Position numbers and translations under genes: made by a program. Source: an uncultured delta proteobacterium (GTDB taxonomy: Bacteria > Desulfobacterota > Desulfomonilia > Desulfomonilales > Desulfomonilaceae). Taken from it: a DNA stretch of 64,000 nt. The stretch covers positions 1,568,001-1,632,000 of the forward strand of contig CAWBKB010000001.1 of assembly GCA_963789265.1 (NCBI GenBank). Direction: 5' to 3'. The notes under the pieces were generated by a model. That model did no database searches. It was not told where the DNA came from and saw only the letters and a list, made by a program, of their open reading frames with translations. Shown one piece after another: positions 30,569-41,096 of the stretch; the stretch's first letter is position 1, and the number at the start of each line of letters is the position of its first letter.

Positions 30569-30600
30569 AAAAAAGGCTGCAAGCCTGAACTTGCAACCCT
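30569..30600 (-). terminator. Probable intrinsic terminator of the tRNA gene
   Basis: Hairpin GGCTGCAAG-N6-CTTGCAACC next to A6 (U-tract on minus strand), 10 bp past the tRNA 3' end. Confidence 0.6.
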
Positions 30601-30610
30601 CTGAAATTCC

Positions 30611-30687
<77 letters not shown>

Positions 30688-30701
30688 ATCGTTATCTCTT
30701 C

Positions 30702-30730
30702 AATATAGAAACAATAAGCCCGTATGTCAA
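30702..30730 (-). promoter_or_regulatory. Sigma70-type promoter of tRNA-fMet
   Basis: TTGACA-17 bp-TATATT on minus strand just upstream of the tRNA. Confidence 0.8.
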
Positions 30731-30750
30731 GAAAAGCTTGAATTGCTTTG

Positions 30751-30870
30751 TGTGCATTCAGTTACAGCCGGAATTTGCAGGTGGCTTCGTGGGGTGGGCT
30801 TTCTAGCCCGCCATTGAACAGGGGATTCCTCGGCAGGCTGGAAAGCCTGCCCCACAAGACTGAATGGCTA
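30751..30870. repeat. REP doublet within short degenerate terminal IRs (MITE-like)
   Basis: CATTCAGT / ACTGAATG ends around GTGGGGTGGGCTTTCTAGCCCGCC..GGCAGGCTGGAAAGCCTGCCCCAC. Confidence 0.55.
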
Positions 30871-30925
30871 TATTGCTTTCACCAGGCATATTCTAAAAGC
30901 CTTTGATCCCGCTATGATGGGCCGA

Positions 30926-31783
30926 TTACGAAAATTCTTCGGAATGATGCACTCTTGGGGTAGCACTCTCAGCAGAAGAGGGTTTGCCTGATAGGATATC
31001 CAGCAAGTCTCCATGAACAAGGCCGTTGGTCGCTACAATACTGTCCGTATAGACATCGGTCTGCTTTCCGAGCCTGTCGGTCACCCATCCACCGGCCTCT
31101 TGCACTAACAGCATCCCTGCGGCCATATCCCAGGGCTTTAGTTTCAGCTCCCAAAAACCGTCCAGTCGGCCGCACGAAACATACGCCAAGTCGATGGCCG
31201 CCGATCCTACTCGTCGTATGCCTTGAACGCGCAGTAGTACCCGAGAAAACTCCGCCAGATTATTAATCGCTGAATAACTCCGATCATACGGGAACCCTGT
31301 GGCAATTAAGCTGTGGTCCAATCGGTCCGCTCGGGATACGCGCACCGAGCTGCCGTTGAGGAACGCTCCCCCATTTCTGACAGCCCAAAATTTTTCCATT
31401 CTGATTGGATCGTGAACAATGCCTGCCATGAGAATACCGTTGTGCATCAGAGCTACGGATACACTAAAGAATGGAATCCCGTGTGCAAAATTGACGGTCC
31501 CATCCAGCGGGTCCACCAGCCACAACCATGGTGAACCGGTGCTATCTGTACGCCTTTCTTCAGTCAGGATGTCATGATGTGGGAACTCGCCCCTGATGGC
31601 CTCGAGTATAATGTCCTCCGAAGCTCGATCCGCATCCGTGACTATATCGATTCCTCCGGGCCTGGAGTCCTTGAGGTCGATCTGAAATTTTCCCTCGTAA
31701 TACGACATGATCGCCAGTCCCGCCCGATTAGTCACGTCTTCAATAAATGGCACTATATCCTTGGGAATAAAGTCTTTTTCCAT
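30926..31783 (-). CDS. suhB: Inositol monophosphatase family protein
   Basis: VTDAD, TEE, WLVDPLDGTVNF, GSAAIDL, WDMAAG; start moved to ATG 31783. Confidence 0.88.
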   Translation of the reverse strand: MEKDFIPKDIVPFIEDVTNRAGLAIMSYYEGKFQIDLKDSRPGGIDIVTDADRASEDIILEAIRGEFPHHDILTEERRTDSTGSPWLWLVDPLDGTVNFAHGIPFFSVSVALMHNGILMAGIVHDPIRMEKFWAVRNGGAFLNGSSVRVSRADRLDHSLIATGFPYDRSYSAINNLAEFSRVLLRVQGIRRVGSAAIDLAYVSCGRLDGFWELKLKPWDMAAGMLLVQEAGGWVTDRLGKQTDVYTDSIVATNGLVHGDLLDILSGKPSSAESATPRVHHSEEFS

Positions 31784-31944
31784 ATCAATTTCTCCTGAGG
31801 GAGGTTCATTGGGCCGTATCAAGATCCGTTGTTTCTTGCATTTGTAGATGGGAGCAGTATGCCACACCCCTGACGCTAAGCACTCGATTTCCCAGATACG
31901 TTTATGCGAGATTCCGGTGCGTGTGAGAGGAAACATCTCTGATC

Positions 31945-32015
<71 letters not shown>

Positions 32016-32095
32016 AAATACGCGACCGTGTTGTCGCTACGCAGTACCAATCTTATTCTTTGATTTAGCTCATTATAGCAGGGCCTTAGCCCAGG

Positions 32096-33448
32096 CTACG
32101 CGCTCCCTTCTACCGGTTTCTTAGTTGTTACCTCACAAGAAAGTTCGCCGCGGTGCAAACGAACCTGCAATACTTCTCCGATTTGAACTTCCGCAGCGTC
32201 GCCGATCACCTTGCCGGTTTCGGGCCTGAGAGTGATGGAGTAACCTCTGGCGAGCACGGACAGAGGGCTGAGATTGTCCAACCTGGCTGAAAGGTTTTCA
32301 ACCGAGCTGAGGCTTGCTTTAATTTTATCTCGAATTGCCCTCAGGAGTTCCGATGACAGCGCGGAGCATTGATCCTTCCCAGCGCCCATTTCCCTGACCA
32401 AATACTGGGGCCTAAGTCGTGTCGCGACCGCTTCCGTTTCTCTGCCCAGCACTTCCAACTGACGGCGGACGGTGCGGGCCAACCGAATTGTGAGATCATC
32501 CAGCTTCATACGACGCTCCTCGATTTGGCGTCGGGGATCGTAAAGCCTCTTGACGAATTCGCTCAGGCTCTCTACACGCCTTTCCAAGAAGTTCCTTATG
32601 CAGGTTTTCATCCTGGCCAAGAGATGCAGCACGTGTTCCTGCAAATCACGTTTGTCGGGAACGATCATTTCAGCCGCGGCCGAAGGCGTGGATGCTCGCA
32701 GGTCGGCAGCGAAGTCCGTTAGCGTGACATCCGTCTCGTGTCCGACTGCGCTCACTATCGGGATGCGGCAACCAGCTACGGCTCTCACAACCGTCTCGTC
32801 ATTAAAAGCCCAAAGATCTTCAATGGAGCCGCCGCCTCGGCCCACTATGATGACATCTACGTCGCCCGCATTGCACAGCCTGTCGATAGCGGCCACAATC
32901 TCCCCCGGCGCTCGATCGCCTTGCACGGAAGCAGGGCTCACGAGAATGTGGGTTCCCGGAAACCGTCGTTTGCAAATACGGATCATATCGCGGACAGCCG
33001 CGCCCCTCGGGGAAGTTACCAATCCAATTCTTTTTGGCATAGGAGGAATGGGTCTCTTGTTTTCCTCGACAAAGAGACCTTCAGCCGTGAGCTTCTTCTT
33101 CAATTGTTCGAAGGCCAGCATGAGGCTCCCTAGCCCTGCCGGCTCCATCGTATCCAGAATTAGCTGATATTCTCCTCGCATATTGTAAACGGAAATCCTG
33201 CCCCAAGCGATCACGCTCAATCCGTCTTCAGGCCTGAACTTGAGAAAACGACGCTGCAACTTGAACATCACGCATCGGATCTGGGCCGTATCGTCCTTCA
33301 AGGTAAAATAAACATGCCCCGACGGAGCCGGGTGAAAGTTGGAGATTTCGCCTTGGATCCAAACCGACGGAAATTCACGTTCTAATAGCACCCTGATCCG
33401 GTCGGTCAGTTCGGAGACGGTATATATTTTGCGTTCCGGTAGTTCCAT
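32096..33448 (-). CDS. xseA: Exodeoxyribonuclease VII large subunit
   Basis: VWIQGEISN, SGHVYFTLKD, GRGGGSIEDLWAFN, AVGHETD, TPSAAAE, LARGYS. Confidence 0.96.
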   Translation of the reverse strand: MELPERKIYTVSELTDRIRVLLEREFPSVWIQGEISNFHPAPSGHVYFTLKDDTAQIRCVMFKLQRRFLKFRPEDGLSVIAWGRISVYNMRGEYQLILDTMEPAGLGSLMLAFEQLKKKLTAEGLFVEENKRPIPPMPKRIGLVTSPRGAAVRDMIRICKRRFPGTHILVSPASVQGDRAPGEIVAAIDRLCNAGDVDVIIVGRGGGSIEDLWAFNDETVVRAVAGCRIPIVSAVGHETDVTLTDFAADLRASTPSAAAEMIVPDKRDLQEHVLHLLARMKTCIRNFLERRVESLSEFVKRLYDPRRQIEERRMKLDDLTIRLARTVRRQLEVLGRETEAVATRLRPQYLVREMGAGKDQCSALSSELLRAIRDKIKASLSSVENLSARLDNLSPLSVLARGYSITLRPETGKVIGDAAEVQIGEVLQVRLHRGELSCEVTTKKPVEGSA

Positions 33449-33888
33449 CCGCTTGTCCTAAAAGCCGGTTTACCGCACCGATCCCATCGTCGGCCTACGT
33501 GGGGCACGGTCCGTATGCAGGAGTGCATTCTATAGGGTGAAGCGATGACTTTCAATGTTGGAGACTTATATAGAAATGCACTCTTATAGCATTTGTCCAA
33601 ATAGACGTCCTCTTGTCCGTCTGGAGCATAGTCATTCGAAGACTTGGCCAGGGGCGTTTTTTTGTCGTCATTCCCGCGCCCCTGGGAATCCTTTGTATGA
33701 GCACGTCTCGCGGGTGCCGGCAAGCGGGCACAAATCCGCTTCGCGCTGGACTTCCCCTACATCCCCGGATCGCGGGACAGTTTTCCCGCTCTACAGTTTC
33801 GAGTTTTCTGCTGCCGGGCCTTTGCTTTGTAGAAATCGTGCTCAAAATAATGAGAAATCATGCTCAGTTCAATTACGAGGTGATCGCT

Positions 33889-34071
33889 ATGAAAGAAATT
33901 AATCTGGGACGAAGAAATAAGTCAAGAAAGCTTCGGGAGCCCCGCAAAATCAAAGCGGCGTCCGGACGCAAGCAAACAAAATTCGACTGCTATAGACACT
34001 GTATGGATGACCCGTGGGAAATGAAAGGCGAATCGGTCTGCGCTTCTGCATGTGGAGTCAAGTTTCTTTAG
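33889..34071 (+). CDS. Small basic protein with twin CX3C motif (60 aa)
   Basis: GAGGTG RBS, ATG 33889; CYRHC-X12-CASAC; followed by terminator. Confidence 0.6.
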   Translation: MKEINLGRRNKSRKLREPRKIKAASGRKQTKFDCYRHCMDDPWEMKGESVCASACGVKFL

Positions 34072-34101
34072 AAAATCGGAGCCTTTTAGTTCCAGTTGGG
34101 T

Positions 34102-34131
34102 ATGCCGGGACATCCTGCCCGGCATTTTTTT
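34102..34131 (+). terminator. Intrinsic terminator
   Basis: ATGCCGGG..CCCGGCAT hairpin followed by T7. Confidence 0.75.
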
Positions 34132-34132
34132 G

Positions 34133-34148
34133 TGTGACGGTTGTCACA
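34133..34148. promoter_or_regulatory. CRP/FNR-family-type binding site
   Basis: Exact TGTGA-N6-TCACA (extended GTGTGAC-N4-GTCACAC), about 130 bp upstream of the GNAT gene. Confidence 0.55.
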
Positions 34149-34276
34149 CCGCTAATTGGAGATGGCAGCAGCGGTTTTTAACCAGTTGAAGGTCAAACGA
34201 GTGGACAACTGATGAGGAAATGGGATATGAATCTGCTCTTATCAACTCGAACGCGCGAGCATTGAGGGGATGTTTG

Positions 34277-35401
34277 ATGTCTGAGGTTGAAATCCGCCGA
34301 GTAACCAAGAAGTCGGAATTAGATGAATTCATAGATTTACCCTGGAGGATCTATGCTGATGATGCCAATTGGGTCCCGCCGCTGAAGAAGGCAGTTCGTA
34401 GACTGCTTGATCCAGCTAAGCACCCGTTCTGGAAATTCTCCGAACGGGCCCTCTTTCTGGCCAAACGTGGGCCACGCACAGTCGGGCGGATTGCCGGAAT
34501 ATTGGACAACAATTTCAATTCCTTTCACGATGAAAAAATGGGCGCGTGGGGATTCTTTGAATGCGAGGACGACCCGGGTGCTGCTAAAGCTCTATTTGAC
34601 GCGGTTGAGCAATGGACGCGCAGTAAAGGTCTATCGTTCATGCGAGGACCGTTCAATCCGTCGACCAATTACGACATCGGCCTACTTATAGAAGGTTTTC
34701 AGTATCCCCCATCTATCATGATGCCTTACAACCCGTCCTATTACGCGCAGCTCATCGAGTCCCGCGGTTTCTCCAAAGAAAAAGATCTGGTGGCTGTGAT
34801 CCTTGAAAAGAACCAGACAAAAAGCGATCGAATTCAACGGTTGGCCCGGAGAATTGCACGGAACAAAAAAGTTACCGTCCGAAAAGCCGAGAAGAAGAAT
34901 TTCAGCTCGGAAATGGCTCTGATCAGAGAAATCTATAATGCGGCCTGGTCGCGAAACTGGGGCTTTGTTCCCATGACGGACGAGGAGATGCTCGACGTGG
35001 GTAAGGAGATGGTTCAGATCGCGGATACGGACCTGATACTCTTTACTTACTATGATGACGAACCGGTAGGAGTGACCATAGGCCTCCCCGATATTGGTCC
35101 TTTGCTAAAGCGCTTGAACGGTAAAATTGGACTCCTGGGTATTTTCAAAGTCCTGTTGTTCAAGCATGAAATCAGGAGCGCGAGAATTTTGGCCATGGGA
35201 TTCAAGAAATCCCATCAGGGCTTAGGCTTGCCTATCATTACATGCGATCACCTTCTAAGAGTGTGGGAAAAGAAGAACTACGACTTCGTTGAACTCGGCT
35301 GGAACCTTGAGGACAATTACGACATCGTCAATCTTGAATTAGAGTTCGGCGCCCGCATTTATAAGAGATATCGGATATTTCGGAAAGATCTCGCAATGTG
35401 A
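34277..35401 (+). CDS. GNAT-fold acyltransferase, YghO/bacterial ceramide synthase-like
   Basis: FIDLPWRIY..WVPPL, VGRIA, GFFEC, RGPFNPSTN..GLLIEGF, MPYNP.YY, NWGFVP, WNLEDN, YKRYRIF. Confidence 0.8.
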   Translation: MSEVEIRRVTKKSELDEFIDLPWRIYADDANWVPPLKKAVRRLLDPAKHPFWKFSERALFLAKRGPRTVGRIAGILDNNFNSFHDEKMGAWGFFECEDDPGAAKALFDAVEQWTRSKGLSFMRGPFNPSTNYDIGLLIEGFQYPPSIMMPYNPSYYAQLIESRGFSKEKDLVAVILEKNQTKSDRIQRLARRIARNKKVTVRKAEKKNFSSEMALIREIYNAAWSRNWGFVPMTDEEMLDVGKEMVQIADTDLILFTYYDDEPVGVTIGLPDIGPLLKRLNGKIGLLGIFKVLLFKHEIRSARILAMGFKKSHQGLGLPIITCDHLLRVWEKKNYDFVELGWNLEDNYDIVNLELEFGARIYKRYRIFRKDLAM

Positions 35402-35879
35402 AAAAAGGGGAGCCCGCGCTTAAACAGGGACGTGACCTTTTGTTCATTACAAAGGATGAAAATGCCTTCCCGCCTTAGGATCCTATCACGAGCATCCGGT
35501 TCTCGTCGAATTTCCCATGTGGCGCTAAAGTTGGATAAACAAAAGAATTCGCAGCCTGGCGGCGGTAAATCCCGCTGGATTCCCAAATGGTCATTCTAAA
35601 GCCACTTTTTTGCATTTCGACTCCGTGTCTTCCCACATTAGTCACCAAACCTACCGAAAATTCTGCCGATCCGATCTCGAAGAGACTGAAAAGAATAAAA
35701 TCCGGCTATCGCAAACGCTAAGGATGGGACTTGGCACCGTAACCATCTTATTTTACTGAGCCGCCACCGTGGCCACCGCTGAGGGAAAAGCGCATTTGTT
35801 TGCATCTTGCCAATGAAAACAGATGAAAGCTTTGCACCGACAAGTCAGCCCACATTAGGAGGTGGCTTGTCCATGTGGA

Positions 35880-36225
35880 TCGTGGGATCATGCCGGTGGC
35901 TGGTGGGACACAAAGGCTTCCCAAGCGCATCCCCAGGTAAGAGCCTGGAGGTGATCCTCACCGGAGAAAGGATCGATGCTCAGGAAGCTTATCGGATCGG
36001 GCTTGTCAACGAGGTGGTGCCTTCTGATCAATTGCTCCCCGAAGCCACGAACCTGGCTGAACGGTTCTGCCGGAATGCGCCCCTTGCCGTACAGGCTGCC
36101 AAAGAGGCAGTTTACCGGGGGATGGGACCGTCCCCTTTCTAAGGGAATGGGGCTGGAGCAATCCTTGACAGATTCTGTTTTTCAATCTGAAGTTGCAAAG
36201 GAAGGTCCGAGGGCCTTTTCGAGAA
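35880..36225 (+). pseudogene. Enoyl-CoA hydratase C-terminal remnant
   Basis: GGTQRLP, ILTGERIDAQEAYRIGLVNEVVP, NAPLAVQAAK, AKEGPRAF spread over several frames; N-terminus absent. Confidence 0.75.
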
Positions 36226-36585
36226 GATGCCTCCAGTGTTCAAAGGAAAATAAACCTAGCCAAAGGTATTTGAAATTCTTACTCTATCGGTTGTGCATCC
36301 GATAACCTTGTTTACCGAGCAAGTTGAATTAGCCCTCAAGGAGGCCTGTTCATGCGCGTCTTGAAGGGTGAGTGTATTCGTCAAACATATTGAATTGGCC
36401 GAGACGGGCGTTCTTCGGCTGATCAGGCCATGGAAGCAGGAAACGTAAAACCGTGGTGATAAGGCACTCGAGGAAGGGCAAGGGAATGCCTCTACCCACC
36501 CACGCTCGGGTCGCTCTCCGGCGTTGACTATCCTCCGGCTGGGCTGGTTTCTCGCAAACATTGCCCACATACGATAGCGAGAAGC

Positions 36586-38097
36586 CTACCTTCTGTGTGC
36601 CTTTTCTATGACTTTGGCATAAGTATGGTAATGCTCGCATCCAATAGAGTAATCAAAAAATCGGACCAATTGGGTCGGATTTTTCAGGAAAATTTTCAAG
36701 AGGTTCCGCCAAAAGACGAAGCGCGATGAATATAGGATTCCATGTCTTATGATCACGGCAAACAATCCTTTGATTTCGAACTTCTTAGGGAACTGAAACG
36801 ATCTGCGTCGGGCCAGAGGTTTCATCCTCAGGATGTGGGTGGCCACTCTGTCAAGATAATGTCTTCGATCGTACAGGCTATTGTACAGACTTGTAAACTC
36901 TTCCGTGATCTTCTCCATGGGTTTGGTGGGATTGAAGTTCATCGGACTCGTCTGGTTACTGAAGTTGCGGTAATCTCTTGTAAGGAGTCTGTCTTCTTTA
37001 GCCAGCCTGTTCCACAGGTCGGTCCCCGGTCCAGCTTGTAACAACGTTACAAACATTTCGGGGATACCCGTAAGACGAGCAAATTTCTGGAGCCGATCCC
37101 CGGCGTCGCTCGGTTCACCGTCAAATCCTAGAATACATCCGGCAATTATCCCAAGCCCCGCCTCATTAATTTTACGACACACTTCGACCAGGTCAACTTT
37201 CGTATTTTGTGATTTCTTTGTCCTCGTCAAAGTCTCTTCGTCAAGTGTTTCTATGCCGAGAAATACCTTGAAGAACCCAGCCTCAACCATGAGATCCAAC
37301 AGTTCATCGTCCGTGGCGAGATTCACTGAGGCTTGAGTGTAGAATCCATAGGGATTTCCGTGAACACCGAGCCATGGAATCATTTCTTCCAAGAGAGCTT
37401 TAGTCTTTCTGAAACTACCTACAAAATTGTCATCGGCAAGAAAGATGTAGTGCCGATAGCCGAGATCGTAGAGCGATTGCAATTCCGCGACAATCTGCTT
37501 GGGTGATTTCGTTCTCACCTTGTGCCCTAGCATGTGAGTAACATCGCAAAACTCGCATTCAAATGGGCATCCTCGTGAGAATTGGATAGACACGTTGAGA
37601 TATGCTGTAATATCAATCAGATCGTACCTAGGCACCGGCGATTTCTCCAGGTCAGCCATTGCCTGGGCCCGGATAATCACACCTGTTAGCCCTTGTGCAA
37701 TCGCTTCGAGGATCTCAGGCATAGTTGCTTCAGCCTCCCCGACTACGACGATGTCGGCCCCCTCCCTCAAAGCGTCTTCAGGGTAGTGGTACACCCATGC
37801 CCCGCCTATAACAACTTTTTTGCCTCGCTGATGGGCTTCACGTATAGTCTTGATAATATCTTCGTATTGTACGGTCATGCCCGTGATGAACACCAGGTCG
37901 GCTTCTGTCCATTGGGATTCTTTGACTTGTTCGAATTCGCGATCAACTACTTCGAGTTGCCATTGCGAGGGTAACAGGGCTGCCACCGTAAGCAGACCCA
38001 ATGGCGGCAGGGTAGCCTTTTTGCCGAGTAGTTTCAGTACTGGCCCAAATGACCAGAATGTTGTCGGAGTCGCTGGGTTTATGAGCAGAGCTTTCAA
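36586..38097 (-). CDS. B12-binding radical SAM protein (DUF4070/HpnP-like class), paralog of 28875-30431
   Basis: TFWSF..PPLGLLTVAALLP, SRGCPFECEFC, DDNFVG, TQAS, VFLGIET. Confidence 0.88.
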   Translation of the reverse strand: MKALLINPATPTTFWSFGPVLKLLGKKATLPPLGLLTVAALLPSQWQLEVVDREFEQVKESQWTEADLVFITGMTVQYEDIIKTIREAHQRGKKVVIGGAWVYHYPEDALREGADIVVVGEAEATMPEILEAIAQGLTGVIIRAQAMADLEKSPVPRYDLIDITAYLNVSIQFSRGCPFECEFCDVTHMLGHKVRTKSPKQIVAELQSLYDLGYRHYIFLADDNFVGSFRKTKALLEEMIPWLGVHGNPYGFYTQASVNLATDDELLDLMVEAGFFKVFLGIETLDEETLTRTKKSQNTKVDLVEVCRKINEAGLGIIAGCILGFDGEPSDAGDRLQKFARLTGIPEMFVTLLQAGPGTDLWNRLAKEDRLLTRDYRNFSNQTSPMNFNPTKPMEKITEEFTSLYNSLYDRRHYLDRVATHILRMKPLARRRSFQFPKKFEIKGLFAVIIRHGILYSSRFVFWRNLLKIFLKNPTQLVRFFDYSIGCEHYHTYAKVIEKAHRR

Positions 38098-38719
38098 ACT
38101 TCGTCTTCTCCTCGAATCGCGAGTTGGTGTCGACGTTGCTGTTGACAGGAATCATGCGGCGGTCTTGCTATTTTGAGCGTTTGGGAACCGTTGAGCAGTC
38201 GAGTTACAGTTTCGAAGACCCGAAAATATGTCCGCAAGAAGTACCACAGTTCCCGATCCAGGCAAAACCGTCGTCACCTCACTGAGAAAGCCACATTTTC
38301 CCAGTTTTTGAACATACACGGTCGTCCGCGCCACTGTCAACCAAATTTCTGTCAGCTCTCACTCGAAGACAGGGCAGTAATGTCGAGCCAAGAAAAAGTG
38401 CCGACGCCACATCAACATGCCAACTCCTTGCACGATAAGATACTGTGGCTCCAGCCTTCAAGATTGGGGCAACGTTTGTCGGCCATCGATAACTGACAGA
38501 GTTCATATTCTTCCGGTGCTTCAGGTGAGTCTTATACAATTCGTTCAGAACCATTCTTTTGACTCCGCTGTTCGTCTTTCGTTGGCATAAACCAACGTGA
38601 AATGTGAGTGCCAATTTCCTGACCGAATGGTTCCTCGGCTGCCTTCGATTCATTGACGTTTTTTCCCGATTCTCAAATACGTCAAACATCAATTCCTGTT
38701 TCTCCACAATTCCAACTTA

Positions 38720-40008
38720 GGGATTGTCCACAAATAAGTCTTGCAATTTGATTTCGCGTTTTGTATAGAGCGGGGGCATGATTGATGTGTCCCATATCAT
38801 AAAGAGGTTCGAATTGCTAGAACCTTTATTGGGTGAGCGCGAAGTCAGAATGCTTGACGCGGCTGAAGCAGAGTGCATAGGCCGCGGTGGGGTAACGCTG
38901 GTCGCGGAAGCGACCGGGGTATCTCAGCGTAGGATTGCCGAGGGGATCAAGGAGTTGAGGCAGGAGGAACGCCTGGACAAAGGCCGGACCCGCAGAAAGG
39001 GAGGAGGCCGCAAGAGAATCATCGAGAAAGACGACGCTCTGGAACGGGATTTGGAACTTTTGCTGGACCCGTGCACTCGGGGCGATCCCGAATCACCGTT
39101 GAGGTGGACGAGTAAAAGCTTGCGGAAACTTGCAAGAGAGCTGACGGCCATGGAACATAAGATCGGGAAGTCAGCCCTAGCTGGAATCCTTCGGAAAATG
39201 GGATACAGCCTTCAGGCAAACCGAAGGACCCTGGAGGGTTCATCCCACGAGGACCGTGACGCGCAATTTCAGCACATCAGTTCCAGAGCCTTGGAGTTTC
39301 TCAAAGATGGGCAACCGGTTCTATCGGTAGACGCCAAGAAGAAGGAGTTGATAGGCCGATTCAAGAATGGCGGACGTGAATATCGTCCCAAAGGCAACCC
39401 CCAAGAGGTTTGTGTCTACGACTTCATGGACAAGCAATTAGGTAAGGGGGTCCCCTACGGGGTGTACGATACCGGCAAAAACGAGGCTTGGGTGAGCGTG
39501 GGCATTGACCACGACACCGCATCCTTTGCAGCGGAATCCATACGGCGGTGGTGGCGTTACATGGGAGAAGAGTCCTATCCCAATGCGAAGAAACTGCTGA
39601 TAACAGCTGATTCCGGCGGCAGCAACGGCTCCAGAATTCGACTCTGGAAAATGGAACTGCAGAATCTTGCAGACGAACACGGCATGGAGATTTCCGTGTG
39701 CCACCTGCCTCCCGGCACCAGCAAATGGAATAAGATCGAGCACCGACTCTTCGCATTCATTACCCAAAACTGGAGAGGAAAACCTCTGGTAAGCCACGAA
39801 GTCATCGTCAGTCTCATAGCGCACACAACGACCTCCACAGGACTCAAGGTCCGCTGCGAGCTTGACACCAACGCCTATCCTAAAGGGACCAAGATATCGG
39901 ATAAGGAATTCGCAACCATAAACATCTCAAAGAACAACTTTCATGGCGAATGGAACTATACCGCACCGCGGAGCCCCTAAAATGAGACAGTTAGTTATGG
40001 ACAAGCCC
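38720..40008 (+). mobile_element. ISAzo13-family insertion sequence
   Basis: IRs GGGATTGTCCACAAATAA / TTAGTTATGGACAAGCCC enclosing transposase. Confidence 0.88.
38778..39980 (+). CDS. ISAzo13-family transposase
   Basis: TRGDPESPLRWTSKS, GYSLQAN, SVDAKKKE, DHDTASFA, ADSGGSN, PPGTSKWNKIEHRLF, FHGEWNY. Confidence 0.95.
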   Translation: MIDVSHIIKRFELLEPLLGEREVRMLDAAEAECIGRGGVTLVAEATGVSQRRIAEGIKELRQEERLDKGRTRRKGGGRKRIIEKDDALERDLELLLDPCTRGDPESPLRWTSKSLRKLARELTAMEHKIGKSALAGILRKMGYSLQANRRTLEGSSHEDRDAQFQHISSRALEFLKDGQPVLSVDAKKKELIGRFKNGGREYRPKGNPQEVCVYDFMDKQLGKGVPYGVYDTGKNEAWVSVGIDHDTASFAAESIRRWWRYMGEESYPNAKKLLITADSGGSNGSRIRLWKMELQNLADEHGMEISVCHLPPGTSKWNKIEHRLFAFITQNWRGKPLVSHEVIVSLIAHTTTSTGLKVRCELDTNAYPKGTKISDKEFATINISKNNFHGEWNYTAPRSP

Positions 40009-40994
40009 TAAGCACCCGTTCTGGAAATTCTCCGAACGGGCCCTCTTTCTGGCCAAACGTGGGCCACGCACAGTCGGGCGGATTGCCGGAATATTGGACA
40101 ACAATTTCAATTCCTTTCACGATGAAAAAATGGGCGCGTGGGGATTCTTTGAATGCGAGGACGACCCGGGTGCTGCTAAAGCTCTATTTGACGCGGTTGA
40201 GCAGTGGACGCGCAGTAAAGGTCTATCGTTCATGCGAGGACCGTTCAATCCGTCGACCAATTACGACATCGGCCTACTTATAGAAGGTTTTCAGTATCCC
40301 CCGTCTATCATGATGCCTTACAACCCGTCCTATTACGCGCAGCTCATCGAGTCCTGCGGTCTTTCCAAAGAAAAAGATCTGGTGGCCGTGATCCTTGAAA
40401 AGAATCAAGCCAAAAGTGATCGAGTTCAACGGTTGGCCCGGAGAATTGCACGGAACAAAAAGGTTACCATCCGAAAAGCGGAGAAGAAGAATTTCAGCTC
40501 GGAAATGGCTCTGATCAGAGAAATCTATAATGCGGCCTGGTCGCGAAACTGGGGCTTTGTTCCCATGACAGACGAAGAAATGCTCGACGTGGGCAAGGAG
40601 ATGCTTCAGATCGCGGATACTGACTTGATACTCTTCACTTACTTTGAAGACGAGCCGGTTGGGGTGACCATAGTACTTCCCGACATCGGACCTTTGCTAA
40701 AGCGCTTGAACGGCAAGATTGGACTCCTCGGTATTTTCAAAGTCCTGTTGTTCAAGCATGAAATCAGGAGCGCGGCGAGCTTTGGCCATGGGATTCAAGA
40801 AATCCCATCAAGGCTTGGGCTTGCCTATTATTACGTTCGATCACCTGCTGAAAGTGTGGGAAAAGAAAAACTTTGATTTTATTGAAATTGGTTGGAACCT
40901 TGAAGACAATCATGACATCATCAACCTTGAATTGGAGTTCGGCTCCCGTATTTATAAGCGATATCGGATATTTCGGAAAGATATCGTGATTTGA
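40009..40994 (+). pseudogene. 5'-truncated paralog of the 34277-35401 GNAT acyltransferase
   Basis: Matches gene 1 from 34417 onward; first 47 codons absent at IS junction; +1 G at 40774-40775. Confidence 0.85.
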
Positions 40995-41096
40995 AAAACG
41001 TCGAGTCTCTGTTGAAGGGCAAACTTTCCGAGTCTGTCTCAAAACTAAACCGTGAATAAAATTCGTAGCACGATGCTCCCTTTTCCCGGCAATGAA

